64,000 nucleotides of DNA. Origin: a bacterium (GTDB lineage: Bacteria; Fidelibacterota; Fidelibacteria; Fidelibacterales; Fidelibacteraceae). This document shows, piece after piece, positions 51,501 through 62,319 of this stretch. The notes beneath the pieces are model-generated. The model did no database searches and was not told where the DNA came from. It saw nothing but the letters and a program-made list of their open reading frames with translations. The stretch spans positions 928,001 through 992,000 of the forward strand of contig OY781066.1 of the NCBI GenBank assembly GCA_963676395.1, read 5' to 3'. A program made the translations under genes and the position numbers. Positions within the stretch are counted from its first letter, which is position 1, and each line of letters begins with the position of its first letter.

Positions 51501-51735
51501 GAAGCACGTGTCCTTTATCGTATGATCTTACATATTCATATTCACCTTTAAGGTTTTTTTTGATATGCAAACCATCTTCCGTTTCATGCCAAGAAAAATT
51601 CTCATCACCTTTTAAATATACTTTTAAACTCCTACCATCAGGATAATTTATGGTTTGAGGTTCAGGACTGGCAGGAACCGCAAACAATATAACTACCATT
51701 GACAGCAATAATATAATCACTAACAATTTTTTCAT
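48508..51735 (-). CDS. Secreted M6 (immune inhibitor A-like) metalloprotease with PKD and C-terminal sorting-type domain
   Basis: Signal peptide; GDE propeptide; IWPH; CHEFGHVCGLPDFYD; ENRQ; PKD WEFGD...HTY; QNYPNPFNP. Confidence 0.92.
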   Translation of the reverse strand: MKKLLVIILLLSMVVILFAVPASPEPQTINYPDGRSLKVYLKGDENFSWHETEDGLHIKKNLKGEYEYVRSYDKGHVLLSGVRAHDQKVRDSKDLKQIQKMPNIENMPVNISTVKTGLQQSPVHTHKSAALQVPAADPFGHTDFPTLGSRKFLCILVGFSNKNFVYNAEHFDSLFNAKDYTYNGAIGSVNEYYKKTSFDLFDPSFDVVGPINLDSTWEYYGKDNGDDHDVNIQQFTYDALIAADPYVDYSDYDLDNDGYVDNVYFIYAGYGQASGASANTIWPHRWWLYSMGSQQLDGKYFGDYSTSNELYGTSGTTLTSIGVICHEFGHVCGLPDFYDTDYSGSGGNSGGLGNWDEMAGGSWNDSGRRPPLFNAWSRMYLNWATAVELSDIEAVTMNPAYTYNEIRYFKAENIGEYFMMENRQRTGFDAALPGHGLLVYHIDLNHSGWNSNSLNNNPARQAFDLEEADGFGNPSAGYDNGGDPFPGTSGNTSFTDNTNPNALDWSDNPSRSPIRAINESGGVITFMFGDARIDSPTDISISTQGYDSVTVSWELNANADSVMIVWGEDTKLGYPENMHKYSVGESIAGGEVVYKGIDTVFYHTGLNEGTLQNYAVFAFDDSSYIYSEKNLKEITTNSPPFYYTDFSDGIPEGWTVFDRYGNGTFGLENPLNRTIASSTSDNGFIVMDSEYAGNVTQIDAELITQSFNFGLSHSVVVKFQHKLEVVNLTLARLLYTVNNGQVWFEAARWTEGTNGTEMAEIDMSDMVGGFRDVKFKLGYRGAKEKYWCIDDFEISSALDTGLAAGFYAANTEGRKPLTVKFMNTTVCNPDTTDSYIWEFGDDGEFYNEKEPVHTYTRSGVYSVSLSALKDGKVSNSMKINYITVFNDAPVFVDDTYDTLDVKMNQAKTYNLNEIFVDPNGDPMTYSWVGLPVNLAVGIVDDTLLVLTPNSDFQGLESIELRAKDIENDSCVQVVDVLVSETGLADGLPDDFACSQNYPNPFNPMTSIDYQLPEDVNVTLNVYNLNGQLVHTLANGYQEAGYYTVRFHAADLPSGMYLYRLTAGPEVITRKMVLLK

Positions 51736-51844
51736 ATAATTTCCTTCTTTCTCAATTTCGGATGTAACTTATAATTATACGAAAGCATTTTGATACATTG
51801 AAATATTTTAATAAGTTTTTATTGCTAAAAGGAGCTTAAAAATT

Positions 51845-53284
51845 ATGGAAAACAAATTATTGGTCGAGCGTTCTGCAGAAGGAAAACAAAGTATCACACT
51901 ACCTTTATGTGATGTCCCCGAACGCCCAATTGAAAATTATATTCCCAAAGAATTTCTGCGCGAGCAGAATTGCAATTTACCCGAAGTCAGCGAACCTGAA
52001 GTTGTTCGTCATTTTATAAATCTTTCAACATTAAATCATCATGTAGACAAGGATTTCTATCCTTTGGGTTCTTGCACAATGAAATACAATCCAAAAATCA
52101 ACGAAGCTGTCGCAGCCTCTCCTTGTCTTTCAGAAATTCATCCTCTTCAAGATCCCGCTACGGTACAATCTGCTCTTAAGATCTATCATGATGTCGATCA
52201 GTATCTTCAAAAGATCACCGGCATGGCTCGCTTTACTCTACAACCTGCGGCCGGTTCACATGGTGAGCTTACCGCTGTTATGGTTATGAGAGCTTACCAC
52301 AAAGAAAAAGGCAACGAAAAAACCACAATCCTGATCCCGGATTCGGCACACGGCACAAATCCCGCTTCCGTACATTTGGGCGGCTACAAAGCTGTTACCG
52401 TAAAATCCACAGTAGATGGTTTGGTTGATATTGCCGATCTTAAAGCAAAGCTGAGTCACGAAGTGGCCGGTTTCATGCTGACCAACCCGAATACTCTGGG
52501 TATTTTTGAAGAAAATGTTCAAAAGATCTCTGAGCTGGTGCATTCTGTAGACGGGCTCATGTACATGGATGGCGCCAACATGAATGCTTTGCTGGGCATT
52601 GTTAAAACCGCTGATATGGGTTTTGATGTTACTCATTTAAACCTACATAAAACCTTTTCTACACCTCACGGTGGTGGCGGACCCGGCTCCGGTCCCATTG
52701 GTGTAGTAGAAAAGCTTATCCCCTATCTTCCTGTTCCAAGAATTGAAAAAAACGATGACACTTACTTCCTTGATTGGGAGCAAAAAAATAGCATCGGTAA
52801 AGTTTTAGGGTTTTGGGGCAACTATTCCGTGATCGTAAAAACCTGGGTTTATATTCGCATGCTGGGTGAAGCAGGATTAAAAGATGTTTCTAAACACGCG
52901 ATCATCAACTCCAATTATATTCGTAAATCACTTGAAGATATCTATGAGCTCCCCTTCAAATCACCAACAATGCATGAGTGTGTGTTTTCGGGCGACCGCC
53001 AAAAAAGTCTTGGTGTAAAAACACTGGATATTGCCAAGCGCATGTTAGATTATGGTGTACATGCTCCCACTATTTATTTTCCACTTATCGTTCATGAAGC
53101 CTTGATGATAGAGCCAAGTGAAACAGAAAGTAAAGAATCATTGGATCATTTTATCAATATTATGCGCAGCATTGCGAAAGAAGTGAAAGAAAATCCCGAA
53201 CTCCTGACTTCAGCACCGCAGAACACACCGGTAAAACGACTCGACGAGGTCAAAGCGAATCGTGAATTGAATATTAGATGGTAG
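51845..53284 (+). CDS. gcvPB: Glycine dehydrogenase (decarboxylating) subunit 2
   Basis: PLGSCTMKYNP, QPAAGSHGE, HLNLHKTFSTPHGGGGPG, MIEPSETE. Confidence 0.96.
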   Translation: MENKLLVERSAEGKQSITLPLCDVPERPIENYIPKEFLREQNCNLPEVSEPEVVRHFINLSTLNHHVDKDFYPLGSCTMKYNPKINEAVAASPCLSEIHPLQDPATVQSALKIYHDVDQYLQKITGMARFTLQPAAGSHGELTAVMVMRAYHKEKGNEKTTILIPDSAHGTNPASVHLGGYKAVTVKSTVDGLVDIADLKAKLSHEVAGFMLTNPNTLGIFEENVQKISELVHSVDGLMYMDGANMNALLGIVKTADMGFDVTHLNLHKTFSTPHGGGGPGSGPIGVVEKLIPYLPVPRIEKNDDTYFLDWEQKNSIGKVLGFWGNYSVIVKTWVYIRMLGEAGLKDVSKHAIINSNYIRKSLEDIYELPFKSPTMHECVFSGDRQKSLGVKTLDIAKRMLDYGVHAPTIYFPLIVHEALMIEPSETESKESLDHFINIMRSIAKEVKENPELLTSAPQNTPVKRLDEVKANRELNIRW

Positions 53285-53311
53285 GAAAATTGTTTAAAAT
53301 TTAAACCATAT

Positions 53312-54949
53312 ATGAACCTCAGTTATAAAAATCAATCTATCTCATTTGAACCGACCACCGCGCTTAGCGGTAATGAGCTCATCAAAGGCTACATTGCTGC
53401 CGACGAAAAAGAAATTCTTTGCATGGCATGCGATAACGAAATTCAAAGTCTTAATAATATGGTATCACCCGATACCAAAAATTGCATTTTTTACGACATC
53501 AGTCACCCGCTGGGAGCGGAATGCCTTGCGGTTAGCACAACGGCATTGATGTTAATGTCCGCCGAAGAGCTTTTCCCCGAAACTCGCATTTCCGTCGAGC
53601 ATTCATTCGGCAAAGGTTTTTACTGCGAACCGCTAGATACAAATATTATTCCTCCCGGCTATCTTGAACTTATCAAAAGCAAAATGCATGAATTCGTTCA
53701 ATCCGATTTCCAATTTAAGGAAAGAAAATTATTACCGAGCGATATTAAAGAGCTTGGGTACAATCGCTTTAGAGTTTTAGAAAACTCTCCTAAGCAAAAC
53801 CTGCGTATTTACGAATTACAAAACTTCCCACACTGGTTTATTTCGGCTTTGGTTCCTTCTGCGTCTTATATCAATAAATTTAAGCTTACCCCCTATAAAC
53901 GTGGATTTGTACTAAATTTTCCGACTCAAGATTCTCCCAATGAAATCCCAAGTTTCAAACCATCACCTAATTTATTTTCTATTATTCGTGAAAGCGAAGA
54001 ACGTGGTGAAATGCTAGAAATCAAAACAGTAAACGACCTAAATAAACGTGGTGGCACACCCAAAGAAGCTGAGGCCATACAGTTATACGAAGCCCTTCAT
54101 GAAAAAAAGATTGCCGAGATTGCCGACGTCATCGCTCATCGTAAAAAACTGCGCTTTGTATTTATTGCCGGTCCCTCCGCTTCCGGAAAAACTACTTTCA
54201 TGAAGCGTTTGTCTTTACAATTACGCATTAACGGACTAAAGCCCAAGCATCTGTCTTTAGATAATTATTTTGTTGAAAGACATCAAACGCCCCTGGATCA
54301 AAAGGGCGAACTTGATTTCGAGCACTTCGAAGCGATTGATCACGAATTACTAAATGATCATTTGACTAAACTGATGAATGGACAGGGAGTTCATCTGCCA
54401 AAATTTCAATTTACCGAGGGTAAAAAGTTATACGACGAAAAAGAAACCACTCTTCGTGAAGATGAGATTCTCATACTTGAAGGTATACATGGACTTAATC
54501 CCAATCTTGCAAAACCTATTCCCGAACAGACAAAATTCCGTATTTATATTTCGGCATTAACTCAGTTGAATTACAACCTTTATAACCGGGTTTCCACCTC
54601 AGATACACGTCTATTACGTCGCATGTACCGCGATCTGCAATTCCGCGGGCACTCACCGGAACAAACCCTAAAACGCTGGCCCTCTGTCCGTAGAGGTGAA
54701 AATAAATGGATCTTCCCTTTTCAGGAAAATGCCGACATTTACTTTAATTCCGCCTTAGAATATGAGTGGCCGGTATTCAGCGGCATTCTGCTTAAAGAAC
54801 TACGAGCTATTCATAACAATTCTCCCATAAAAGTTGAAGCTGAACGACTCAGTTGTCTTATGGAGCTTTTTATTCCCTTTAGCACCAAATATATACCTCC
54901 CACATCACTTGTTCAGGAGTTTTTGGGTGGATCATCGTTTGTTTACTAA
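53312..54949 (+). CDS. Nucleoside/uridine kinase with ThrRS-like N-terminal domains
   Basis: AGPSASGKTT, SLDNYF, LEGIHGLNP, RLLRR..RD..FRG, W.SVR.GE. Confidence 0.88.
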   Translation: MNLSYKNQSISFEPTTALSGNELIKGYIAADEKEILCMACDNEIQSLNNMVSPDTKNCIFYDISHPLGAECLAVSTTALMLMSAEELFPETRISVEHSFGKGFYCEPLDTNIIPPGYLELIKSKMHEFVQSDFQFKERKLLPSDIKELGYNRFRVLENSPKQNLRIYELQNFPHWFISALVPSASYINKFKLTPYKRGFVLNFPTQDSPNEIPSFKPSPNLFSIIRESEERGEMLEIKTVNDLNKRGGTPKEAEAIQLYEALHEKKIAEIADVIAHRKKLRFVFIAGPSASGKTTFMKRLSLQLRINGLKPKHLSLDNYFVERHQTPLDQKGELDFEHFEAIDHELLNDHLTKLMNGQGVHLPKFQFTEGKKLYDEKETTLREDEILILEGIHGLNPNLAKPIPEQTKFRIYISALTQLNYNLYNRVSTSDTRLLRRMYRDLQFRGHSPEQTLKRWPSVRRGENKWIFPFQENADIYFNSALEYEWPVFSGILLKELRAIHNNSPIKVEAERLSCLMELFIPFSTKYIPPTSLVQEFLGGSSFVY

Positions 54950-55075
54950 TTAAAACAAAGCTCCAAATAACGTAGATTTAAACGATTTGTATATTCCTGA
55001 TAAATATTCTAATATTAACTGTGACATCTGTGATTATGATATTATTAAATTCAACTTGTAAAATTCGTAAAAAAA

Positions 55076-55705
55076 ATGCATAAAAGATCGATCAATCTCA
55101 CGGACTGGCCTCGTGCCTCTACTTTTAAACATTTCACATCCTACTCCAATCCTTATTTTGGTATCTGCACCGAAGTAGATTGTACTAAAGCCTATCGTTA
55201 TGCCAAAGAAAAGGGCATGTCTTTTTTCCTTTTTTATTTTTATCTCTCTCTACAAACAGCAAATAACATCCCTGAATTTCGCATACGAATAGAAAAAGGC
55301 AAAGCCGTGATCTATGATAAAGTCAAAGGTTCTCCCACCATTATGAAAAACGATGGTGAGCTTGGATATGCCATGATGGAATATGATGAGAATTTTGAAA
55401 ACTTCTACAGATCAGCTCAAGCGGAAGTGCAGCGAGTAAAAACTCAGGATCATCTTGATACATCACAAGATTGTCCCGATACCATCTATTATTCCATTCT
55501 TCCCTGGGTAAAATTTACATCTATTGAACATCCCATGAATATACCTACCACCGAGGGTGTTCCCATTCTCACCTTTGGTAAAATGACCGAAGTAAACGAT
55601 CGCAAAACCATGCCTATTGCCATACATGCTCATCATGCCTTAATGGATGGAATGCATATGGCAAAGTTTGTAGAATCCTTTCAAAATAAACTGGATTCTT
55701 TCTAA
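55076..55705 (+). CDS. CatA-like chloramphenicol O-acetyltransferase family protein
   Basis: W.R...F..F, SILPWVKFTS, P.LTFGK, HHALMDG.H catalytic motif. Confidence 0.85.
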   Translation: MHKRSINLTDWPRASTFKHFTSYSNPYFGICTEVDCTKAYRYAKEKGMSFFLFYFYLSLQTANNIPEFRIRIEKGKAVIYDKVKGSPTIMKNDGELGYAMMEYDENFENFYRSAQAEVQRVKTQDHLDTSQDCPDTIYYSILPWVKFTSIEHPMNIPTTEGVPILTFGKMTEVNDRKTMPIAIHAHHALMDGMHMAKFVESFQNKLDSF

Positions 55706-55792
55706 ACTATTCCAATGATCCCTAAATCTTATTTAAAGCTATCCCATTACTCTTGATATCCTATCCATATTATCCTGCCGCCCAATCAAAAT

Positions 55793-55864
55793 AAAAAACT
55801 TACCGAAAGGTAAGTTTTTTTCTTGCAAACGGGAACATCGACACTTACTTTCCGTTCGGTAAGT
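55793..55864 (+). promoter_or_regulatory. TetR operator pair flanking promoter TTGCAA-N17-TACTTT
   Basis: Palindrome AAAAAACTTACC-GAAA-GGTAAGTTTTTT (55793-55820) and related TTTCCGTTCGGTAAG (55849-55863); -35 at 55823, -10 at 55846. Confidence 0.65.
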
Positions 55865-55885
55865 ATAAAAAGGAGTCAAACATAT

Positions 55886-56479
55886 ATGGGCGACATAACA
55901 ACACACGATAAGATCATAGATACTGCCATCCGCTCTTTTTCAGAGCGGGGATATGCCGGTACATCTATGAGAGAGATAGCCGAAGAGTTAAATATAACCA
56001 AGGCAGCACTTTATTATCATTTCCCCGGAAAAGAGGAAATATTCAACTCGTGCATTCGTCATAGTATTGAGAGCATCGTGCTTAATCTCGAAAAACTGGT
56101 TGAGGCCGATATGGTATTTTGGGATAAATTGCGATTTTTGATAAAAAGCATGTTAACGTTTTCTGATAAAAATCCTCATGTTTTTGTTTTCTTCAGAAAA
56201 CTGATGACCAAAAACTTTGATGCAGAATTTGATATTGAAAAACTTGAGTCTTTCTTTAATCGTCAGCTAGTTGCATCACGAGAACTTATCAAGCAAGGCA
56301 TAGAAAGCGGGGAACTTCGTAATGATTTGCCTGTAAACTTTTTGGCTACTGCCATTAACGGTATGATCCATCATACTTCAGGTCCTCAAATGAGGATCAT
56401 GGCCGAACTAAACAACTCCCCGGAAGAACATACAGAAAATCTGATAACACTTATAAAAGAAGGATTTACGCAGAAATGA
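55886..56479 (+). CDS. TetR/AcrR family regulator
   Basis: Start moved to the ATG after [35 protein letters not shown]. Confidence 0.93.
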   Translation: MGDITTHDKIIDTAIRSFSERGYAGTSMREIAEELNITKAALYYHFPGKEEIFNSCIRHSIESIVLNLEKLVEADMVFWDKLRFLIKSMLTFSDKNPHVFVFFRKLMTKNFDAEFDIEKLESFFNRQLVASRELIKQGIESGELRNDLPVNFLATAINGMIHHTSGPQMRIMAELNNSPEEHTENLITLIKEGFTQK

Positions 56480-57792
56480 AAAAATTCTTAAGCATCATGT
56501 TAATTCTGACTGTTGCGCTTTCAGCGAAGGAGCTCACTTTGCATGAAGCAGAAACCCTCGCGTTGGAAAACAACATTCAGATCAAACTTTCAGAAGCCTC
56601 ACTTAAAAAAGCAAAAGCTTCCTCAAACGAGTCCTTGGCAAACTTTTTTCCAACGGTCTCGTCTTATTATCAGCTAACCGATAACCTGGAACTCTCTGTG
56701 ATGGTCGTAGACTTTGATGGTGATGGTCCTCAACCTCCCACTGAATTGAAAATGGGCACACAGTTTAACTCAACTGCAGGTATTCAACTACAATATCCCA
56801 TCTTTACCGGTGGTGCAATTCTAAATGGTCAACTGCTTTCAAAATCGGCCGTGAGCTTATCCGAGCTATCAATGCAAGATCAGGTAAACACGGTTATTCA
56901 TACCATCCGTGTTCTTTACTATCAAGCACAAATGCTTGAATCAATGTGTGAAGCTACCAAGATGGGGCTTGAATCTGCTAAAGAGAGCTACGGACTCGCG
57001 CTGCAGCGTCAACGTGTCGGTCAAGCTACAGAGCTTGATGTTTTGCAAACAAAAGTTCAATATGAATCTTATAAACCTCAATTGCTCTCTCTGGAGAACC
57101 AACTGGTATCTGCTCTAGCCAATCTAAAAACCTATATCAATGATCCCTCACTTGAAGAAGTTGCGGTTGTGGGTCAACTTGAAATGATCACCAATCCCTA
57201 CGAAGGGATGAGCGTTGAAGAACTTCAGGCTATTACATTAAATGAACGCCTTGAATTAAAGATGGCTGAAGAACAAAAGAAAATAGCCAAATACCAGCGC
57301 AATTTAGCTTTGAGTGGTATAATGCCCAAAGTTCAGCTTGGTGGTACAATGCAATGGCAAGCAAATACAGACGATCTTGCCAATCTTGATCATCTGCGTT
57401 CATCCAATGTCTCAATTTCTGTTTCTCTGCCTATCTTTTCAGGTGGCAAAACCGCAGCGGGCATCCAAAAAGCCAGCATTGGTGTCAAAGAAGCAAATTA
57501 CCAGATCGAACAGATCGAAGACTTTGTATACACCAATGTCGACGAAGCTTATCGCAAAGTTAATGAAACCATGAGCAATATTATTGCTACCGATAATGTC
57601 GTAAAACAAGCTCAAGAAGCTCTTCGCTTATCCAAGCTCCTTTATGAGAATGGATCAGCTACTCAAATAGAACTCATGTCAGCCGAATCTGCTTATATTG
57701 GTGCAAAAGCAAATTACATTTCAATGGTATTCCAATATAATCTTGCTGTAGAAGATTTAAAAAAATCATTAAACAACTTACTTAGCTATTAA
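56476..57792 (+). CDS. TolC-family outer-membrane efflux protein
   Basis: Signal peptide; ALENN; duplicated P.F.GG and G..T.L(D/E) motifs. Confidence 0.9.
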   Translation: MKKFLSIMLILTVALSAKELTLHEAETLALENNIQIKLSEASLKKAKASSNESLANFFPTVSSYYQLTDNLELSVMVVDFDGDGPQPPTELKMGTQFNSTAGIQLQYPIFTGGAILNGQLLSKSAVSLSELSMQDQVNTVIHTIRVLYYQAQMLESMCEATKMGLESAKESYGLALQRQRVGQATELDVLQTKVQYESYKPQLLSLENQLVSALANLKTYINDPSLEEVAVVGQLEMITNPYEGMSVEELQAITLNERLELKMAEEQKKIAKYQRNLALSGIMPKVQLGGTMQWQANTDDLANLDHLRSSNVSISVSLPIFSGGKTAAGIQKASIGVKEANYQIEQIEDFVYTNVDEAYRKVNETMSNIIATDNVVKQAQEALRLSKLLYENGSATQIELMSAESAYIGAKANYISMVFQYNLAVEDLKKSLNNLLSY

Positions 57793-59069
57793 TGGAGAAA
57801 ACGATGAAACATTCATTAAAAATAATTTCACTAATTATCATTGCAGGACTTATACTGGTATCCTGCGGTGCACCCGGTGCGAAACCGACCGTGAAAGTTG
57901 ATTATAACAAAACAGTTGAAAATATACGCACATTAACCAATGAATTGGACAAAAATGCCAATGATGCAGAAATACGTCGATATCTTTCCAAGGTTAAAAA
58001 GGTGCTTCAACCTGTTTCTGACAACAAAAACAATAAAAATTTAAGTATCGTCCCTGTTAATGTCCAGGTCGTTGAAACGGAAAGCATTACTGAAAAGATA
58101 CAATACTTGGGTAACATCAGTGGAGATCCCAGTGTTGTCGTTTATCCAAAACTATCTGATCTTATTAACGATATCTTTGTTGAAAACGGTGATTATGTCA
58201 AGAAAGGTCAAGTATTGGCGAGCATCAGCGATGCCACTGTCAGAGCTTCAAAAGCTCAAGCGGAAGCAGCCTATTTTAGCGCCAAAAGCCAAGTTGCAAA
58301 TGTCAAAGTTGAATATGAAAGAATGAAAACTTTGTATGAGGCAAAAGCTATCAGCGATTCTCAATGGGACCAACTTCTAACACAAAAAGAAGTGGCAGAA
58401 GCGGGATTAAAACAAGCAAAAGCAGCACTTGACATGGCAGAAACACAATTGGCTTACGCAAAGATCAGCGCACCTATTTCAGGTTATGTATCTAATCTTG
58501 CATATGAAATCGGGGACATGTCTACACCTCAAAAACCTTTTGCAACAATTCACCAGATCAAAACCATTCAAACAAAAGTCAATGTTACAGAAAGAGATCT
58601 TGGAAAGATCAAAGTCGGTCAGCGTTCAGAGATAAATGTTGAAGCTTATCCTAATGATGTCTTTATGGGTACTGTTGTAAATGTTTCACCCGTGATCGAT
58701 CCCATGACGCGTACCGCTCAGGTTGAGATCAAAAGTGAAAATGCCGATAAACGACTAAAACCCGGCATGTTTGCGCGAGTATCAATATTAACCAACGAAC
58801 TCGAAAATGCACTTACCATCGACAAAGCTGCTACAAACAAACAAACCGTTTTAAAACGTTTTGGCGATAGTGTTCGTGATGAAAAGGTTGTTGAAACATA
58901 TTCTTGTTTTATTGTGCGCGACGGTGTTGCACTGGAAGTTCCTATCGAGATCGGTATCGAATCAAAAACAAAATATGAAGTAACATCCGGTCTTTCCGAA
59001 GGTGATCTCGTCGTAATTATGGGACAAAACAACCTTAGCGACTCCACCCTGGTGAATATTATCAAATAA
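57792..59069 (+). CDS. RND efflux periplasmic adaptor (lipoprotein)
   Basis: LVSC lipobox; V..GD.VKKGQ.L; ISAPISG; LKPGMFA; GLSEGD. Confidence 0.92.
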   Translation: MEKTMKHSLKIISLIIIAGLILVSCGAPGAKPTVKVDYNKTVENIRTLTNELDKNANDAEIRRYLSKVKKVLQPVSDNKNNKNLSIVPVNVQVVETESITEKIQYLGNISGDPSVVVYPKLSDLINDIFVENGDYVKKGQVLASISDATVRASKAQAEAAYFSAKSQVANVKVEYERMKTLYEAKAISDSQWDQLLTQKEVAEAGLKQAKAALDMAETQLAYAKISAPISGYVSNLAYEIGDMSTPQKPFATIHQIKTIQTKVNVTERDLGKIKVGQRSEINVEAYPNDVFMGTVVNVSPVIDPMTRTAQVEIKSENADKRLKPGMFARVSILTNELENALTIDKAATNKQTVLKRFGDSVRDEKVVETYSCFIVRDGVALEVPIEIGIESKTKYEVTSGLSEGDLVVIMGQNNLSDSTLVNIIK

Positions 59070-59089
59070 ACTCTGAAAGAGGCTAATAA

Positions 59090-62000
59090 ATGAAATTATC
59101 ATCATTAAGTATAAGACGTCCGATCACCTTCTTTATGATCTTTTTGATCGCTTTGGGATTTGGTGTATTTGGATTATCCAGATTAAAGCTGGATCTTTAT
59201 CCGAATCTTGAATTTCCCGTTGCGCTCGTGATCACCAACTACGAAGGTGTTGGACCGGAAGATATTGAAAACAGTGTAACACGAACACTTGAAGGTTCCA
59301 TCTCAACCGTAGAAGGGATCAAACATATTAATTCAACATCAAGCAAAGGTTTATCGATCATTCAGGTTGAGTTCAACTGGGGAACAGATATGAACCAGGC
59401 CGAAACGGATATACGTCGACAAATCGACTTCGTCCGGGATTTTTTACCTGCCGATGCAACCGATCCAATCACCTTTGTGTTTGACCCCTCTTTTATCCCA
59501 GTAATGAGGCTCATGGTGGCATCCGAAGAATTGGGGAGTGCCGAGCTTCGACAACTTGTAGAGGAGCAAGTGCAACCTAGAATAGAACGAGTTGACGGTG
59601 TTGCCTCTGCCACGGTTAATGGTGGTTTAGAACGCGAAATTCAGGTCAACATCAATCCCTTTGAGTTGGCGGCCAATAATATTTCCATTCTTGATGTAAG
59701 CACACTATTGGGAGTATCCAACCTCCCAATTCCGGGTGGTTTGATCGAAGAAGGTAATTTGGAATTCTCTGTAACAACAAACTCTGAATTCGAAAATATA
59801 GATGACATCCGCAATACGGTTGTTGGATATTCAAATATGGGAGAACCTATCTTCCTGAAAAATGTTGCTACCGTGGTTGACGGATACAAAGATATCACAG
59901 ATATCGTAAGAGATAACGGTGTGAATACTATTAATATTCGTGTCCAAAAACAATCTGACGCCAATACGGTTCAAGTGGCAAACTCTGTTTCAGAAGTCTT
60001 GGCTGATATTGAAAGCAGCGTAGGAAACGGTATTGAGATCTATGTAAACTTTGACCAATCAGAGTTTATTAAAGAATCCGCCAATAACCTTGCGATCACC
60101 GGTATTCTTGCCTTTCTATTGACCGGTCTGGTATTATTTCTTTTTTTGCGACACTTCAGCTCAGCTCTTACCGCTGCCATTTCCGTGCCGGTATCTATCG
60201 TTGTGACTTTCTTTGTTATGAATATTCTTGGGGTTACCTTAAATATTATTTCAATGGCGGGCTTGGCGATCGCCATCGGTATGTTAGTGGATAACTCGGT
60301 CGTGGTATTGGAAAATATTTTCCGCCGTAATCGTGACCTGAATGAAGCTATTTGCCTAGCAGCCGACAAAGGTGCTTCTGAAGTGGGTACCGCCGTTATG
60401 GCCTCAACCTTAACAACCCTATCAATTTTTATACCCATGTTGTTCGTCGGTGGTGTTGCCGGAGAAATGATAAAAGACCTGGCGTTGACGATCATTGTTT
60501 CTCTTACCGTCTCATTGTTCGTTTCTTTAACTTTGGTTCCCCTGCTTTCTTCAAAGCTGCTTTCTAAAAAACAACAAGCTCATAAAACAAAGGCAATGCA
60601 AGGTTTTGATAAGAGAATGGGAAATTTCTTTAAAAAACTTGGAAACGGGTATCAAAAAACTCTGGCTTGGGCTTTAGGTCACAAGAAAACCATTGTCTTT
60701 TCAGTTATCGGTCTTTTCGTAATTGGTATTATTCTGCTAGGCCAGGTTGGCTTTGAATTTATGCCTAAAACAGATGATAATGAGATCAGTCTGGATGTCG
60801 AACTACCCGTAGGTACAGCTTTACCAACGACCGACAGTTATTTCCGTCAGATCGAAAATCTTGTCATTATGGATGTTCCGGAATTGGAAAATATTAACGT
60901 AAGTTTTGGTAGCCGAACCGGTATTGCTTCTGTTTTCGGTGGCTCTTCAAACAGTGGTTCCGTATCACTTTCTTTGATTGATAAAGATCAACGCGAGCGA
61001 AGTAAATTTGAGATTCAAGATGAACTTCGTGAAAAGATCAACAAAATCCCCGGAGTTAAAGCAACCTTTGCAAGCGGTAATTTCATGGGTGGTGGTAACG
61101 GTGCCGACCTTACGCTTGAGATCTATGGTTTTGATATGAACGAAGCCAAACGTGTTGCTAATGACTTGAAAAATAAAATGAAAAATATTGGCGGTATCGT
61201 TGATATTAATCTGTCATTTTCGGACCCTCAACCGGAATACAGCATTAAGATCGATCGTGAAAAAGCCAGTTTAATGGGCCTGAATATCGCACAGCTCTCA
61301 CAGATCGTTGAAACTGCCGTCAAAGGTAAAACCGCTTCGATCTACCGTGAAGGTGGTAATGAATATGATGTTTATGTACAACTTGATCGTCAATTCCGCG
61401 AATCGGAACAAGACCTGAAAAGTATATTTATTGCAACTCCTTCTGGAAATCAAATCCCTTTGAGTGCGATTGCTACGATCACAAAAACCGAATCTCCTGT
61501 TTCCATCTCACGAAAAGATCAGAGTCGTTTGGTAACACTGAGCGCAAACGTCAGTGGACTTGATCTGGGTACAGCCACCAACCTGGTTGAATCCGAGATC
61601 AACACATTGGCAATGCCCTCTGATTTCCGTATTGAGATTAGTGGTGCTGCGCAAGATTTAAGAGAAACAACCAGTTCATTTATGCTCGCAATTCTTATTG
61701 CGATCGCATTGGTATACATGGTTATGGCATCACAGTTCGAATCTTTACTCGATCCTTTTATTATTCTCTTTACCATACCACTAGCTTTAATCGGGGTTGC
61801 TGTTATGTTATTCCTAACCGGAACCACGCTAAACATGACATCTCTGATCGGTTTGGTTGTGTTGGTAGGTATCGTAGTTAATAATGGTATCGTATTGATA
61901 GATTATATTAACCGATTGATCCGTGAAGACAAAATGCATGTAACAGACGCCATTCTTAAAGGGTCGGAAACTCGTTTGCGTCCCATTTTAATGACGGCTC

Positions 62001-62218
62001 TTACCACAATTCTCTCCATGATCCCTCTCGCGCTTGAACTGGGATCCGGTGCAGAACTCTGGGGCCCTATGGCTCGTGCCATTATCGGCGGATTACTGGC
62101 TTCGACTTTCTTAACGCTCTACTTCATTCCAATCGTCTTTGATAGCTTTCAACATCGCAGAATGGAAAAGAAATTAGATGAAAGTTGTGAAGACATGGTT
62201 GATGTTGACGTGTCTTAA
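59090..62218 (+). CDS. RND efflux permease (AcrB/AcrD/AcrF family)
   Basis: SIRRP, GMLVDNSVVVLENI, GIVVNNGIVLID, RLRPILMT. Confidence 0.96.
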   Translation: MKLSSLSIRRPITFFMIFLIALGFGVFGLSRLKLDLYPNLEFPVALVITNYEGVGPEDIENSVTRTLEGSISTVEGIKHINSTSSKGLSIIQVEFNWGTDMNQAETDIRRQIDFVRDFLPADATDPITFVFDPSFIPVMRLMVASEELGSAELRQLVEEQVQPRIERVDGVASATVNGGLEREIQVNINPFELAANNISILDVSTLLGVSNLPIPGGLIEEGNLEFSVTTNSEFENIDDIRNTVVGYSNMGEPIFLKNVATVVDGYKDITDIVRDNGVNTINIRVQKQSDANTVQVANSVSEVLADIESSVGNGIEIYVNFDQSEFIKESANNLAITGILAFLLTGLVLFLFLRHFSSALTAAISVPVSIVVTFFVMNILGVTLNIISMAGLAIAIGMLVDNSVVVLENIFRRNRDLNEAICLAADKGASEVGTAVMASTLTTLSIFIPMLFVGGVAGEMIKDLALTIIVSLTVSLFVSLTLVPLLSSKLLSKKQQAHKTKAMQGFDKRMGNFFKKLGNGYQKTLAWALGHKKTIVFSVIGLFVIGIILLGQVGFEFMPKTDDNEISLDVELPVGTALPTTDSYFRQIENLVIMDVPELENINVSFGSRTGIASVFGGSSNSGSVSLSLIDKDQRERSKFEIQDELREKINKIPGVKATFASGNFMGGGNGADLTLEIYGFDMNEAKRVANDLKNKMKNIGGIVDINLSFSDPQPEYSIKIDREKASLMGLNIAQLSQIVETAVKGKTASIYREGGNEYDVYVQLDRQFRESEQDLKSIFIATPSGNQIPLSAIATITKTESPVSISRKDQSRLVTLSANVSGLDLGTATNLVESEINTLAMPSDFRIEISGAAQDLRETTSSFMLAILIAIALVYMVMASQFESLLDPFIILFTIPLALIGVAVMLFLTGTTLNMTSLIGLVVLVGIVVNNGIVLIDYINRLIREDKMHVTDAILKGSETRLRPILMTALTTILSMIPLALELGSGAELWGPMARAIIGGLLASTFLTLYFIPIVFDSFQHRRMEKKLDESCEDMVDVDVS

Positions 62219-62289
62219 AATATATTATCGTGGGGAATGGTCGCTACTATTTCTTGCGTTAACATAATTTTAATTGCTAGATAAAACTC

Positions 62290-62319
62290 AAAAACCTCGG
62301 GTTAAACCCGAGGCTTTTT
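62290..62319. terminator. Intrinsic terminator, probably bidirectional
   Basis: AAAAA-CCTCGGGT-TAA-ACCCGAGG-CTTTTT. Confidence 0.8.
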
